Positions 29,996 through 38,961 of a stretch of 64,000 bases of DNA are shown piece by piece. The stretch covers positions 1 to 64,000 of IMG/VR virus record IMGVR_UViG_3300014204_000004. One strand, written 5' to 3'. The stretch comes from a virus (taxonomy: Duplodnaviria; Caudoviricetes). Made by a program: the position numbers and the translations under genes. Each line of letters opens with the position of its first letter. The first letter of the stretch is position 1. The notes under the pieces were generated by a model. The model saw nothing but the letters and a program-made list of their open reading frames with translations, searched no databases and was not told the origin of the DNA.

Positions 29996-30120
29996 AGGGG
30001 CCGCTCATAAGGGGTGAGGACTCGAACCTCACAGTGATGAAGACAAGTGTGACTCCCCTTCATTCGGTAGTCCGGACTACTGCGTTCGCCCCTTCGCTAC
30101 CCTCATGAGCATTGGCCCCT
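29996..30120 (-). ncRNA. tRNA-like RNA without an anticodon loop, with an extended acceptor stem
   Basis: Acceptor ATGAGGG/CCCTTAT extended by GCTC/GAGC and AGGGGCC/GGCCCCT; D-arm GCG-AAGGGGCGAA-CGC; GTAGT-CCGG-ACTAC; long variable arm; T-arm GTGAGG-TTCGAGT-CCTCAC. Confidence 0.7.
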
Positions 30121-30124
30121 GTAT

Positions 30125-30781
30125 TTACGTAGCAGGTTCTTCTTTGTTCAAGTCAGTCATGTCTAATGTGCCTGTGCTTCTGTAAGAAGACACGGCGTTC
30201 GACATGCCTTTGCTCATACGCATTATGCCTTTGTCTGTGTTGACATAGTTTGCAGAGTTGCGTATGCCGTACTTGCGTGCCTCTACTATGGAGTCCTGAT
30301 TGGCACCGATGTACATGAACTCCCAGTCGTACTTGCTCGTCTGGTGCTCGATGCGTTCTGCAATGTCTGTGTTTCTGAAGTCTTTGGAGTGGTTCTCCTG
30401 GCCGTCTGTTATGATGCAGAATATGACCTTGCTGGGTTTGTCGTCTTCGCTCAGACTGTCGAGCCTTTTACCAACAGCATCGATTGTGGTACCGATGGCG
30501 TCGAGAAGAGCTGTCATACCAGCAGGTGAATATGTACTGCGCGTCAGCTTCTTTGCTTCTGCGATTGGTACCGCGTCATATACTGTCTCCTGTGACTTGT
30601 AAGATGAGAACAGTACCATCGTGAAGTTTGCCTCGCCTGGCGTCTTCTTCTGCATCTCGATGAACTCGTTAAAGCTCGATATGGTTGACGAACACACGTC
30701 TGACATTGAACCACTTTTGTCCAAGATAACTACGATTTCGGTAAGATTGGGTTTCATTAGTTCTCCTTTACAGTTTGGCAA
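30125..30781 (-). CDS. von Willebrand factor A domain protein (probable start MKPNL 30757)
   Basis: MIDAS motif LDKSGSM, TALLDAIG and ITDGQEN.S. Confidence 0.9.
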   Translation of the reverse strand: MPNCKGELMKPNLTEIVVILDKSGSMSDVCSSTISSFNEFIEMQKKTPGEANFTMVLFSSYKSQETVYDAVPIAEAKKLTRSTYSPAGMTALLDAIGTTIDAVGKRLDSLSEDDKPSKVIFCIITDGQENHSKDFRNTDIAERIEHQTSKYDWEFMYIGANQDSIVEARKYGIRNSANYVNTDKGIMRMSKGMSNAVSSYRSTGTLDMTDLNKEEPAT

Positions 30782-31190
30782 ACTCTTCTTTGAGTACGTC
30801 GAGAGTGGTTTTTTCTATCTTTTCTGCCAGTGTAAGAATAGCGTCTATCGTGTTTGGGTCTGAAACAACCGCTGTACCTACGTGAGCAGTAGATATAAAC
30901 AGCTTATCCGTAGGCGCACTGCGAATCTTTTCAAGTGTCAAGATGTTATTTGACACATCAGTAATGTGATTGCGTAATCTTGTTGCCTGGTTAAATGTAT
31001 CGGTGTCCACGTCATCCTCCTTATATTTTGCAAATATTTGTTTCACCGCATTTGCCCATACATCATTATGTTTGCCACCGACCTCTGTATCTTTATCCGA
31101 GAACCCATACATTTTATTACGTAGTTCTCGTAGAGCCTCTCTGGGCAAACAAGCCAATCGCATGCGCCTCATTACGGTCCAGTATCTCAT
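30768..31190 (-). CDS. Hypothetical protein
   Basis: Coupled ORF, 140 aa. Confidence 0.55.
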   Translation of the reverse strand: MRYWTVMRRMRLACLPREALRELRNKMYGFSDKDTEVGGKHNDVWANAVKQIFAKYKEDDVDTDTFNQATRLRNHITDVSNNILTLEKIRSAPTDKLFISTAHVGTAVVSDPNTIDAILTLAEKIEKTTLDVLKEEFAKL

Positions 31191-31423
31191 CTGTGATGCC
31201 TTCCACCACTGCGCTCTACATGACCGACCTTGTGCTGTTGAGTGTCATAGATGTTGTCGTCTTTGATGGTGTACTTTTTGTTCCAGTTGGTATCGTACAC
31301 TGTACCACCTTTAACATAGCCTCTGAGATTGTTCTGATTGTCAAAGACTTTGGTGGTGTCGTCTGCAAACGAACTTGCAACGTACAACAAGAGACAGGCC
31401 AAGAACAGTATGAACGTTCTCAT
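31187..31423 (-). CDS. Small secreted protein
   Basis: Signal peptide ending SFA; repeated YD.N.N..G.IK beta motif. Confidence 0.6.
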   Translation of the reverse strand: MRTFILFLACLLLYVASSFADDTTKVFDNQNNLRGYVKGGTVYDTNWNKKYTIKDDNIYDTQQHKVGHVERSGGRHHR

Positions 31424-31424
31424 A

Positions 31425-31700
31425 TTACCTCCTCATATACTGAATGGAGAACTCGTGCATCGCTTCAGCCGAGTCAAACAGAGCCGCATATTCGCAGTTA
31501 AGGTCTGTGCCAAGGTCCAATATAGCCTGGTAGGACATTGTGGGTTTCCAGTTGTGAGTAGTACCACTGTTTATCGACGAGAACAACTGCACGAGATAGT
31601 GACCAGGTTCTACCTGACCAAGTATCTCACCTTGATAGACAATCTTGTCTTTGTCAAAGGTGAGTATGAACTTGCCTGTTATGCCAATTTCAATAGGCAT
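31425..31700 (-). CDS. Hypothetical protein
   Basis: GGAGG RBS; 91 aa. Confidence 0.55.
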   Translation of the reverse strand: MPIEIGITGKFILTFDKDKIVYQGEILGQVEPGHYLVQLFSSINSGTTHNWKPTMSYQAILDLGTDLNCEYAALFDSAEAMHEFSIQYMRR

Positions 31701-33137
31701 TTACTTCCTCCTTTTTTCTTTATGTATCAGCTTGCCTCGATACTTCTCGATGGAGTTAAAGTTGATGAACACATCATCGTTAATCCAGTAGTATGTCTTC
31801 GCATCGATTGGTCGAATCTTAAGAAGGTACTTAGCAAGACTCTCTGCGTCCTTCGACAGCTTTATTCTGGTGTACTGCTCAACGAGGTCGAGAAACTCAA
31901 CGTGACTTTTCTTGTTGGCTCTCAGCTTGTCAGCTACCTCTTTTGCATACTCACCATCGTGATTGATTCTCGATGCGTCAATGTCGTGTGCCTTGTAGAA
32001 CTTGGTTAACCTCTTGAACTTTGATGAAGACTTTGGTGCAATCTGCGTCATACCTGCCGCCTCGCAAAACGAAACGTAGTTCGACATGACAGATGAAAGT
32101 ACCACCACTTTCTTATCTACCAGAGGTAGCGTTTCTCTCAGCAATCGTGCACCAAGACCAATCCCTCTAAACGTGGGATGTATTACCACACGACTGATTA
32201 TAACCGTGTTGTTACCTGACACCAATCTTTTCTCGTCTACGTTCAATTCTTCGTATCTCTCCCTGTCATCATCGCTCATGGGAAACGAACCAAGCATGTA
32301 GGTTCGCATCGGGACTGAGTAAACAATCAATCCAACAGGGTACCCTTTGAAAACTGCTGTGAACGTGTTGGTAATCATTGCCGGCATCTTCGTATTCTTG
32401 TAGTGGTACTTCAAGAGTGATATGTCGGGGTTCTTACCTAACTCTACCACAGATATTTCATCCATAAAAGGAGGCACACTACCGTTTCGAGGTAGTCTGT
32501 CTATGTGATGCTCACCAGAATAAGAGAAGGTGATTCTATGTGACGGGTTCAGCGAGTGCGTCAAATCGTTATGTGAGGTGGCAACAATCAGTCTCTTGTG
32601 GTAGCGTCTGAGTGCCTTTGCATAATTATATGCAACGATGTTGGCTGTTATTCTGTCGAGTAACGAGGTAAACTCATCGACCACGATTACGCGGTTTCTG
32701 AGTTCAAGTAATTTGGCGAGGTAGAATCTGTACTTCTGACCTTCTGATAATTGCCTGAAGCTTTTGAAGTAGATAAAAGCCTCTGATAGACCGACACTGT
32801 TCAAAAAGGAGATTGCTTGCTCGAAGGAGTTACCAATGCAATCTATCAGAGGTCTTCTATCTCTTCTCAGGTTTGAGTACATTGCAGTCATGCCATGCTG
32901 TGACGTATCAAAGTTGAAGCGTGTGGCGAGACCGTTGAGCAGAGTACTCTTACCACTACCACTGATACCGGTTATATAAATCACGTCCCACTTACTAGGG
33001 ACCTGTATTTGGTCGATGACCACATGCTCGTAGTCGTCTATGTCAAGACCGAAGGCATCGAATACTTGGTTGACACGTTCTGTTCTTTGTATCTTGCAGT
33101 TAAACGATGCGCTTACGGTATCAATTAGCGATGACAT
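31701..33137 (-). CDS. ABC-type ATPase fused to a GNAT acetyltransferase-like domain
   Basis: GISGSGKST, LSEGQKYR, VVDEFTS.LD and ATSH motifs; then HY and ISRVVIHPTFRGIGLG (acetyl-CoA-binding motif A). Confidence 0.85.
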   Translation of the reverse strand: MSSLIDTVSASFNCKIQRTERVNQVFDAFGLDIDDYEHVVIDQIQVPSKWDVIYITGISGSGKSTLLNGLATRFNFDTSQHGMTAMYSNLRRDRRPLIDCIGNSFEQAISFLNSVGLSEAFIYFKSFRQLSEGQKYRFYLAKLLELRNRVIVVDEFTSLLDRITANIVAYNYAKALRRYHKRLIVATSHNDLTHSLNPSHRITFSYSGEHHIDRLPRNGSVPPFMDEISVVELGKNPDISLLKYHYKNTKMPAMITNTFTAVFKGYPVGLIVYSVPMRTYMLGSFPMSDDDRERYEELNVDEKRLVSGNNTVIISRVVIHPTFRGIGLGARLLRETLPLVDKKVVVLSSVMSNYVSFCEAAGMTQIAPKSSSKFKRLTKFYKAHDIDASRINHDGEYAKEVADKLRANKKSHVEFLDLVEQYTRIKLSKDAESLAKYLLKIRPIDAKTYYWINDDVFINFNSIEKYRGKLIHKEKRRK

Positions 33138-33161
33138 TAAACCTCCGAGTGTGGTAAAAGA

Positions 33162-33262
33162 GCGTACTCAAGGCTGGCTGTTAACCTGATACTGTTGTCC
33201 CACCGGCAAGTAAGTAATAGGGGCGGGTGGGGGTTATGACAACTGTATCACCTTGAGTACGC
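33162..33262 (-). ncRNA. Rod-like hairpin RNA / cis element (about 100 nt)
   Basis: GCGTACTCAAGG/CCTTGAGTACGC (12 bp) plus TGATAC/GTATCA, GTTGTC/GACAAC and CCACC/GGTGG stems. Confidence 0.55.
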
Positions 33263-33280
33263 GGGACGGGCATCATGTTG

Positions 33281-34165
33281 TTATGCGAGTTTACCTTTCA
33301 GTTTCAGGCGGTTGATGACGGCCATTGAAATCTGGTACCTGATACGCATTGTGCTGTCGCTCAGAGCCATCTCTTTCTCCTGTGCGAGTTCTTTTATCTT
33401 CGCAAAGGATTTGGTGTGGTGGTCAGCAACGAGGTACAGAAAGCGTATGCTGTCAGACTCGCCCTGTTTCGGCTTGGTCGACTTCTGCTCTTTGCTTGTG
33501 ACCGGCGTTTTGCCTTTCTTGGGCATGGGCTTCTTCTCTTCGACTTTCGCTTTCTTGCCCTTCTTTGCCGGAGGTGTATCTTCTTCTTCCTCTTCGGCCT
33601 CTTCTTCTTCAGGCTCTTCTTCTTCTTCAGGCTCTTCTTCTTCTTCGGCCTCTTCTTCTTTCGCGGCACGACGTTTGCCTTTCTTGACGGGCTTGGCTAC
33701 TTCTTTCTTTGCTTTGCCCTTGCCTTTCTTGGGAGCAGGCTCTTCTTCTTCGTCTGCCTCTTCTTCTTCGTCCTCGTCCTCTTCGGACTCTTCTTCAGCG
33801 TCTTCTTCTTCGTCCTCTTCGGACTCTTCTTCAGCGTCTTTCGCACGACGTTTGCGGGCAGGCTTCTCGTCCTTCGCTTTCTTCGCTTTCTTCATGTCAG
33901 GGAAGTCAGGTACATCTTCCTGCTTGTCGAGCGCATCAAGCGTTGCGTTGACCCACAACTGTGCCGGCTCTGAGAGCTTCTTCCAGTCTGCGTCTTCAAG
34001 CTGGTCGACTGCATCAGCGAGGCGAGCACGATACTTCTCGTCTGATTCTTTTGCTTTCTGCTTCAGACTTGTTGCCTTTTCCAACTCTTCTCTGATTTTA
34101 CTCATAACTTCCTCCTCATTTGATTTAAGATGGCATGAACTGCCTTCTTCTGTTGACTGTGACAC
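33281..34165 (-). CDS. Highly charged low-complexity protein (alternating poly-E and K-rich blocks; probable start MSKIRE 34105)
   Basis: Composition; GAGGAGG RBS before the second Met. Confidence 0.75.
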   Translation of the reverse strand: MSQSTEEGSSCHLKSNEEEVMSKIREELEKATSLKQKAKESDEKYRARLADAVDQLEDADWKKLSEPAQLWVNATLDALDKQEDVPDFPDMKKAKKAKDEKPARKRRAKDAEEESEEDEEEDAEEESEEDEDEEEEADEEEEPAPKKGKGKAKKEVAKPVKKGKRRAAKEEEAEEEEEPEEEEEPEEEEAEEEEEDTPPAKKGKKAKVEEKKPMPKKGKTPVTSKEQKSTKPKQGESDSIRFLYLVADHHTKSFAKIKELAQEKEMALSDSTMRIRYQISMAVINRLKLKGKLA

Positions 34166-34205
34166 CTGATTGCAAAAAGAATTCGTTTAATAAAAAGTGT
34201 AATAA

Positions 34206-34234
34206 AGTTTATCATATCGTTTTTTCTCTGTCAA
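34206..34234 (-). promoter_or_regulatory. Sigma70-type promoter (TATGATAAA family)
   Basis: TTGACA-N17-TAAACT with extended -10 TG. Confidence 0.7.
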
Positions 34235-34245
34235 GAACTAAATTT

Positions 34246-34608
34246 TCAGAATAAATTCGCTGAGTTATCAGCTTTTTTGTGTTTTTTTCTGGTTCGAGCC
34301 TTGCTAACTACCACGTCGCAGATGGGACAGAGGTCGTCATCTTTCGAGGTACGTCGAAAGAACACACCACACTTTACACACAGTTCGTATTGAGAGGTTC
34401 GTTTGGGGTACATCTTGTAATAGCGTTCACCACATTTTGGACACGCTAATACAGGTGAATCACCGCCACCGTCTGTGTCATGGTACAACTCTTCTGTGCC
34501 GCATCTCAGGCACTTTCTCGTCTCCTCCAGGTCTTGCCAAAATTCTTCTGCACACGATGACAGAATTATTCTCCGTTTTCTGAACATCAACTTGCCCCCA
34601 CTCGACAA
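34246..34608 (-). CDS. Zinc-ribbon protein
   Basis: Four CxxC pairs. Confidence 0.55.
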   Translation of the reverse strand: MSSGGKLMFRKRRIILSSCAEEFWQDLEETRKCLRCGTEELYHDTDGGGDSPVLACPKCGERYYKMYPKRTSQYELCVKCGVFFRRTSKDDDLCPICDVVVSKARTRKKHKKADNSANLF

Positions 34609-35578
34609 TAGATTCTTTCGTCATTTCACCAGGATCCTTAAACGCGCCAGGCACCATCATGATTGTCACGTTCTTGGCAAACAAACTGAGTCTCGATTTG
34701 ATTCCCATAGACTGTACTATCGCGTCTTCGTCAAGCAGTATGATTATCTGCTCGTACTTTGGTGAGAGTTTTATAAGAATCTCTGCCTGTTCAGGTGTCA
34801 TAGTTTTGGTGAACAAGCAGGTAACTTTGTCTCTCTCATCTGGAAGGTACCAACCCAATTTCATAGCGTCGAAGTAACCTTCTACTACGAAGAGCCTTCT
34901 ACCACCCTCTGAGATATGCGGGTAATCGAACAGGCAGAACTTGGCGTGGCGAACTGAGGCATCGATGCTGAGGTCTTTATACTTCAAGGTACTGGCTGGA
35001 CTGATGGCCCTTCCTATCCACGTGGCAAGCCTGTTGTTGTAAAAGATTGGGGCTACTATTCTGTACCGCCAATCGCTGTACGTGGCGAACATCAGTTCGT
35101 ACCTTTTAGCCAATGCTTCTGGGTCGTCAAAGCCTCTCTCGAAAAGGTACTTCAAGAAAGGTTCACGATTGAAGCTTGAGTCGTGAAGCCAAAGGGGTCT
35201 CAGTTCAGGTCTGAACTTGAGTCTCTTTACGCCGCCTAACTTACGCTCAGTGCTAACCTCTACATCTTTTTGGGTAAGCATACGCATAGCCTCTGAACCG
35301 AAGTTCGAGGTGTCTGTGAAGCTACCTATACCGAGAATGGAACGAGCCTTGATTACAGATACTCCGAGCAATTTGGCAACAAGCCGCTCTACACGGCGAC
35401 CTCTATGTGTATCGTTACGCCAGCAACCATATATGCCGGTGGTAACATCTATACCCATGTGCTTCGAGGGGTCGTCGGCACAAAAGGGGCACTTCACGTT
35501 GACATTACCTTCTTTAACGTTTGAACCTTGGTCTGCATAATCTATGTTGTGCTCTTTTAATATCTTAAGAATGTCCAC
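34478..35578 (-). CDS. DNA primase (zinc finger plus TOPRIM)
   Basis: CPFC.DD...H...YGCW, RI..PI.....TW.GR, VVEG.FDA, LLDED and KDPGE motifs. Confidence 0.9.
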   Translation of the reverse strand: MDILKILKEHNIDYADQGSNVKEGNVNVKCPFCADDPSKHMGIDVTTGIYGCWRNDTHRGRRVERLVAKLLGVSVIKARSILGIGSFTDTSNFGSEAMRMLTQKDVEVSTERKLGGVKRLKFRPELRPLWLHDSSFNREPFLKYLFERGFDDPEALAKRYELMFATYSDWRYRIVAPIFYNNRLATWIGRAISPASTLKYKDLSIDASVRHAKFCLFDYPHISEGGRRLFVVEGYFDAMKLGWYLPDERDKVTCLFTKTMTPEQAEILIKLSPKYEQIIILLDEDAIVQSMGIKSRLSLFAKNVTIMMVPGAFKDPGEMTKESIVEWGQVDVQKTENNSVIVCRRILARPGGDEKVPEMRHRRVVP

Positions 35579-35579
35579 G

Positions 35580-35987
35580 TTATCCCCCTAACGAGTAACT
35601 GATATTCGGAAGTTTCTTTTTGCTTCTCTTTTTGCCATGTTTTTTAGTGAATCTCTGCCCTGCTTCTTTGTTGCGTATGCGCTTACAGTCAGGACAGAAT
35701 CGAGGCAGGTTGCTGGCGCTCTTGCCTTCTACTGTATAGCCTATCAAGACCTGCTTGTCTTGTTCAAGGCACATCTCACAGTAGATAGGTAAGTCACCTT
35801 CAATCTTCTTTTTCTTTAGCTCCTTTGCTACTATCGTCTTGATTGTGTATCTGTTGTCTCGAATATAACCGCTTGTGTATGCTACAGCACCACACTTGTG
35901 GCACATATATCCTATTATGTTGTTGGGTGAGTCGTCACTGCGCTCCATCTCGTGTCTGCATTTAACACAGTATAATATACCTGACAT
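35580..35987 (-). CDS. Zinc-finger protein
   Basis: CVKC, CHKC, CEMC and FCPDC motifs. Confidence 0.6.
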   Translation of the reverse strand: MSGILYCVKCRHEMERSDDSPNNIIGYMCHKCGAVAYTSGYIRDNRYTIKTIVAKELKKKKIEGDLPIYCEMCLEQDKQVLIGYTVEGKSASNLPRFCPDCKRIRNKEAGQRFTKKHGKKRSKKKLPNISYSLGG

Positions 35988-36005
35988 TGAACCTCCCGTT
36001 AGAGT

Positions 36006-37541
36006 TTACCGCAAGTCGTTGATGTTAACACGACCATCAATAATTTCTTGAAACAGGTTCTTGCCTTCTGCAAGAAAGGATTGTATCTTCTGCTCGACCT
36101 TACTCGCGGTAAAGTCGTAGATGAATGAGTGCTTCTTCTGTCCAGTACGCACGATGCGCCGCTCTGTCTGCTGTCTGGCAATAGGGCCAACTGGTGACTC
36201 GAAGAAGAACATGTAGTTTGCCTCCTGCAGATTGATACCCATACTACCGCTCATCCAGTTCATTATGAATATCTTGCAGTTCGGGTCCTTCTTGAACTTG
36301 TTACGAGCACCTGCTTTATCTTTGGTGGCACCTTCAAGATGCGTGAACTTTATCTTGCGTTCCTTCAGCGCATTTTCTATGAGTCTGCCAGAGTGTACAT
36401 ACTCATGCACTACCACAGCTTTTGAACTGAACGGTAAGCCCTCGATTAAAGTCATGAGTGATTCTAGCTTGGGATTATTCTCGAAGTCAACTAATACGGT
36501 CTCTATGTCATCGAGCTTGTATTTAAAGTAACCAGATGATATCTGCCTCAAGCGAATGAAGCTGTTATCAGTAGCCACCTTGTTGCCTTTAGCCTCTACG
36601 AAGCCTTGAATAGCCTGTTCATAATACGTTCTGTTCTCAAAGGGCAGGTCGAGATGCTGTACTCTTCTGGTGACAGGTGGCAACGTGTTCATCTCTTCCA
36701 ATTCGTACCTTATCGAGCAGTTCGACAGTCGTGTATGCAGTTTGTCGGTCAGCTTCTTGTCGAAGACGTACTCGAATCCGCCCCAGTAGTTCTGCTTTGC
36801 TTTGAAGAAGGCATTGCGGTACATTGTGATGTTGTTGCCGAGAGTCTCGCCATCGTCAATGATTTTAAACTGCGCCCAGAGGTCCATTGGGTCACGACCC
36901 ATCGGTGTACCTGTCAGACCGTACCTGTATTTATATCTTCTCGATATCATCATGCACAGTCTGAAGGTCAACGTCTTGTGGTTCTTGCACAGATGTATCT
37001 CGTCTAGGACTATGGAGTCGAAGTGGTCTGAGAACTCACGCACGTATGAAGGTACAGGCATCATGCGATGGTCTATGTTCTCAGTAGACATTGACATAAG
37101 CCCTGCATAGTTAATGACTGCGATGCCATCATCGAATCTACTGAGCTTGTTGAGCCTTTCGTTTCTGTTACCTGTCAGTTCAATACACGGTATGCGCGAG
37201 TGTACTGCTACCTGCTCTGCAAAGTCAGATATGTTTACAGGTGAAGGTACAACCACGAGAGTCTTTATCAGGCGTTTCTTCTTCCTGTGATACGTAAGAG
37301 TATCAAGCACTATCTTACTTTTGCCACCACCCATGTCTACGAGAAACAAGAACTGCGGGTTATATATGCCAAGCAACAAGCATGCTAACTGATGCTCGAA
37401 CGGCTTGGTCTTGAACTTGAACTTTGGTGCAATCTCTTTCAACTCTGCCTGCATATCTGCAAGTGAGAGTTCCTTTACCCATCTATAATCTTCTAGCTTT
37501 TTATCAAGATAGTCGTTAATGCTGGACTTGGCTATTATCAT
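36006..37541 (-). CDS. SF2 (SNF2-like) helicase
   Basis: PFEHQ, DMGGGKS, DEIH..K, LTGTP, G..GINLQ and Q...RI.R.GQ motifs. Confidence 0.92.
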   Translation of the reverse strand: MIIAKSSINDYLDKKLEDYRWVKELSLADMQAELKEIAPKFKFKTKPFEHQLACLLLGIYNPQFLFLVDMGGGKSKIVLDTLTYHRKKKRLIKTLVVVPSPVNISDFAEQVAVHSRIPCIELTGNRNERLNKLSRFDDGIAVINYAGLMSMSTENIDHRMMPVPSYVREFSDHFDSIVLDEIHLCKNHKTLTFRLCMMISRRYKYRYGLTGTPMGRDPMDLWAQFKIIDDGETLGNNITMYRNAFFKAKQNYWGGFEYVFDKKLTDKLHTRLSNCSIRYELEEMNTLPPVTRRVQHLDLPFENRTYYEQAIQGFVEAKGNKVATDNSFIRLRQISSGYFKYKLDDIETVLVDFENNPKLESLMTLIEGLPFSSKAVVVHEYVHSGRLIENALKERKIKFTHLEGATKDKAGARNKFKKDPNCKIFIMNWMSGSMGINLQEANYMFFFESPVGPIARQQTERRIVRTGQKKHSFIYDFTASKVEQKIQSFLAEGKNLFQEIIDGRVNINDLR

Positions 37542-38958
37542 TGTGTACCCCTGCGTTTGGGCTTGCGGCTAGTGCGATAATCATATCGTCATAGCCCTGT
37601 ATGCGATTAATTCTAGCAGACTGAAGACAAAACTGACCGATGGTATAGTTCTGTGTAAGCAGTATGATGTCACCACGTCTGTCGTTACGTGCCTTGTCTA
37701 CATACAGTCTTGCAAGCCCTCGTTCGAGTTCTTGTGCGGTCTGGTTATAGGTGATTACGTTGTCAGCGATTGCCACTTTGCTGAAGTCTTCTGCGAGATT
37801 CTTTCTCGTCAGCAGTCTCACGCCTTCACCTGCTCTGTTAGCCTGTGATGCTGTTACAACTGCCATGTCATACTCAACTGCAAGACCTCTGAGGTCTTTG
37901 TAGATACGACCTGTGTCTACTCTCACATGTGCCGCATCTAACTGCATGAGGTCAGCATAGTCAATAATCATAACGTCTGGATGAAAGCGATAGAACGCAC
38001 GAAGATTTTCTAAGTACGCTCTCAGCGAATCTATTGTAAGCTGTCCGGTTGGGAACTGCTTGATGACAAGTCGGTGACTTCTTCTGTGCCGTATCAATCT
38101 GTCTGTTATCTGTGCCTCTATATCTGGTTGCTGAAAGTTCTTGATACCCATGATGCGTCGCAGTGCCATAGCTGATACAAGACCGTCTGAGTTCATGTCT
38201 AAGGTCGTGTTTACTATCTCTCGTGCTGTTTTTGATACAGCGAACATGGACTGTACAATTCTCTGTGAGACCTTTGCTTCGCTCATCTCAAGGGTGATGT
38301 ATAAGACGTTCACACGTTGCATGAGATTAGCTTTAGCGGCGTGCATCATAGCCCACGACTTGCCATGACCGGGTAAAGCAACGTACACGAACAACTCACC
38401 TTTAACAGGTGATATACCTAGCTCATCAAGTTGGTCTACACCGCTCGAATATAGATGGTCTTCGTGGTGCAGAAATGCTAGTGTACGTGTAATGTCTTTG
38501 CCGAACATAAGTCCGGGGTCGAAGGTGTTTATTCGTGCTACGCCTATATTCTTTATCTCAAGTTCTGCGGCGTCGAGGTTGCCATCTGTGAACAACTGCA
38601 GGGACTTGGTTACTTTCTTCTTGTACGTCTGATAACGAATGAAGTCATTCAGTTCGTCCATGACGAAACGCTTGTTGATTGAACCTCTGTAATCTAAGAG
38701 TGCTTCTATGACCTTTCGATACTCTGTGCCACCTTTCTTGCCCTTCTTCAGCTTCTTGTGCATCACGTCAGGGAGGTGGTCGCCGACAGGTCGGCTATAC
38801 TGTCGATAATACTTAATGGCGGCGGTTGCAATGTCTCTGTAAATGTCGTTGTCGAATGTATCAGGTGGTACGTTCTCTACAACTGAAGCAATATGCTCCT
38901 CGCTGAAACAGAGCATAGTCAAAACATTTTCTTGAAGCTCAGAGCCCATGTCCGACAT
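37516..38958 (-). CDS. Replicative DnaB-like helicase
   Basis: ALPGHGKS, YITLEMSE, IIDYADLM, VTASQANR and KARN motifs. Confidence 0.9.
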   Translation of the reverse strand: MSDMGSELQENVLTMLCFSEEHIASVVENVPPDTFDNDIYRDIATAAIKYYRQYSRPVGDHLPDVMHKKLKKGKKGGTEYRKVIEALLDYRGSINKRFVMDELNDFIRYQTYKKKVTKSLQLFTDGNLDAAELEIKNIGVARINTFDPGLMFGKDITRTLAFLHHEDHLYSSGVDQLDELGISPVKGELFVYVALPGHGKSWAMMHAAKANLMQRVNVLYITLEMSEAKVSQRIVQSMFAVSKTAREIVNTTLDMNSDGLVSAMALRRIMGIKNFQQPDIEAQITDRLIRHRRSHRLVIKQFPTGQLTIDSLRAYLENLRAFYRFHPDVMIIDYADLMQLDAAHVRVDTGRIYKDLRGLAVEYDMAVVTASQANRAGEGVRLLTRKNLAEDFSKVAIADNVITYNQTAQELERGLARLYVDKARNDRRGDIILLTQNYTIGQFCLQSARINRIQGYDDMIIALAASPNAGVHNDNSQVQH

Positions 38959-38961
38959 TAC

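Noticed and set aside
33312-34169. Long + strand ORFs (33312-34169, 33416-33973, 18172-18453, 49353-49715)
   Set aside because: They are antisense shadows of E/K-rich low-complexity genes, producing poly-S/F artefacts.
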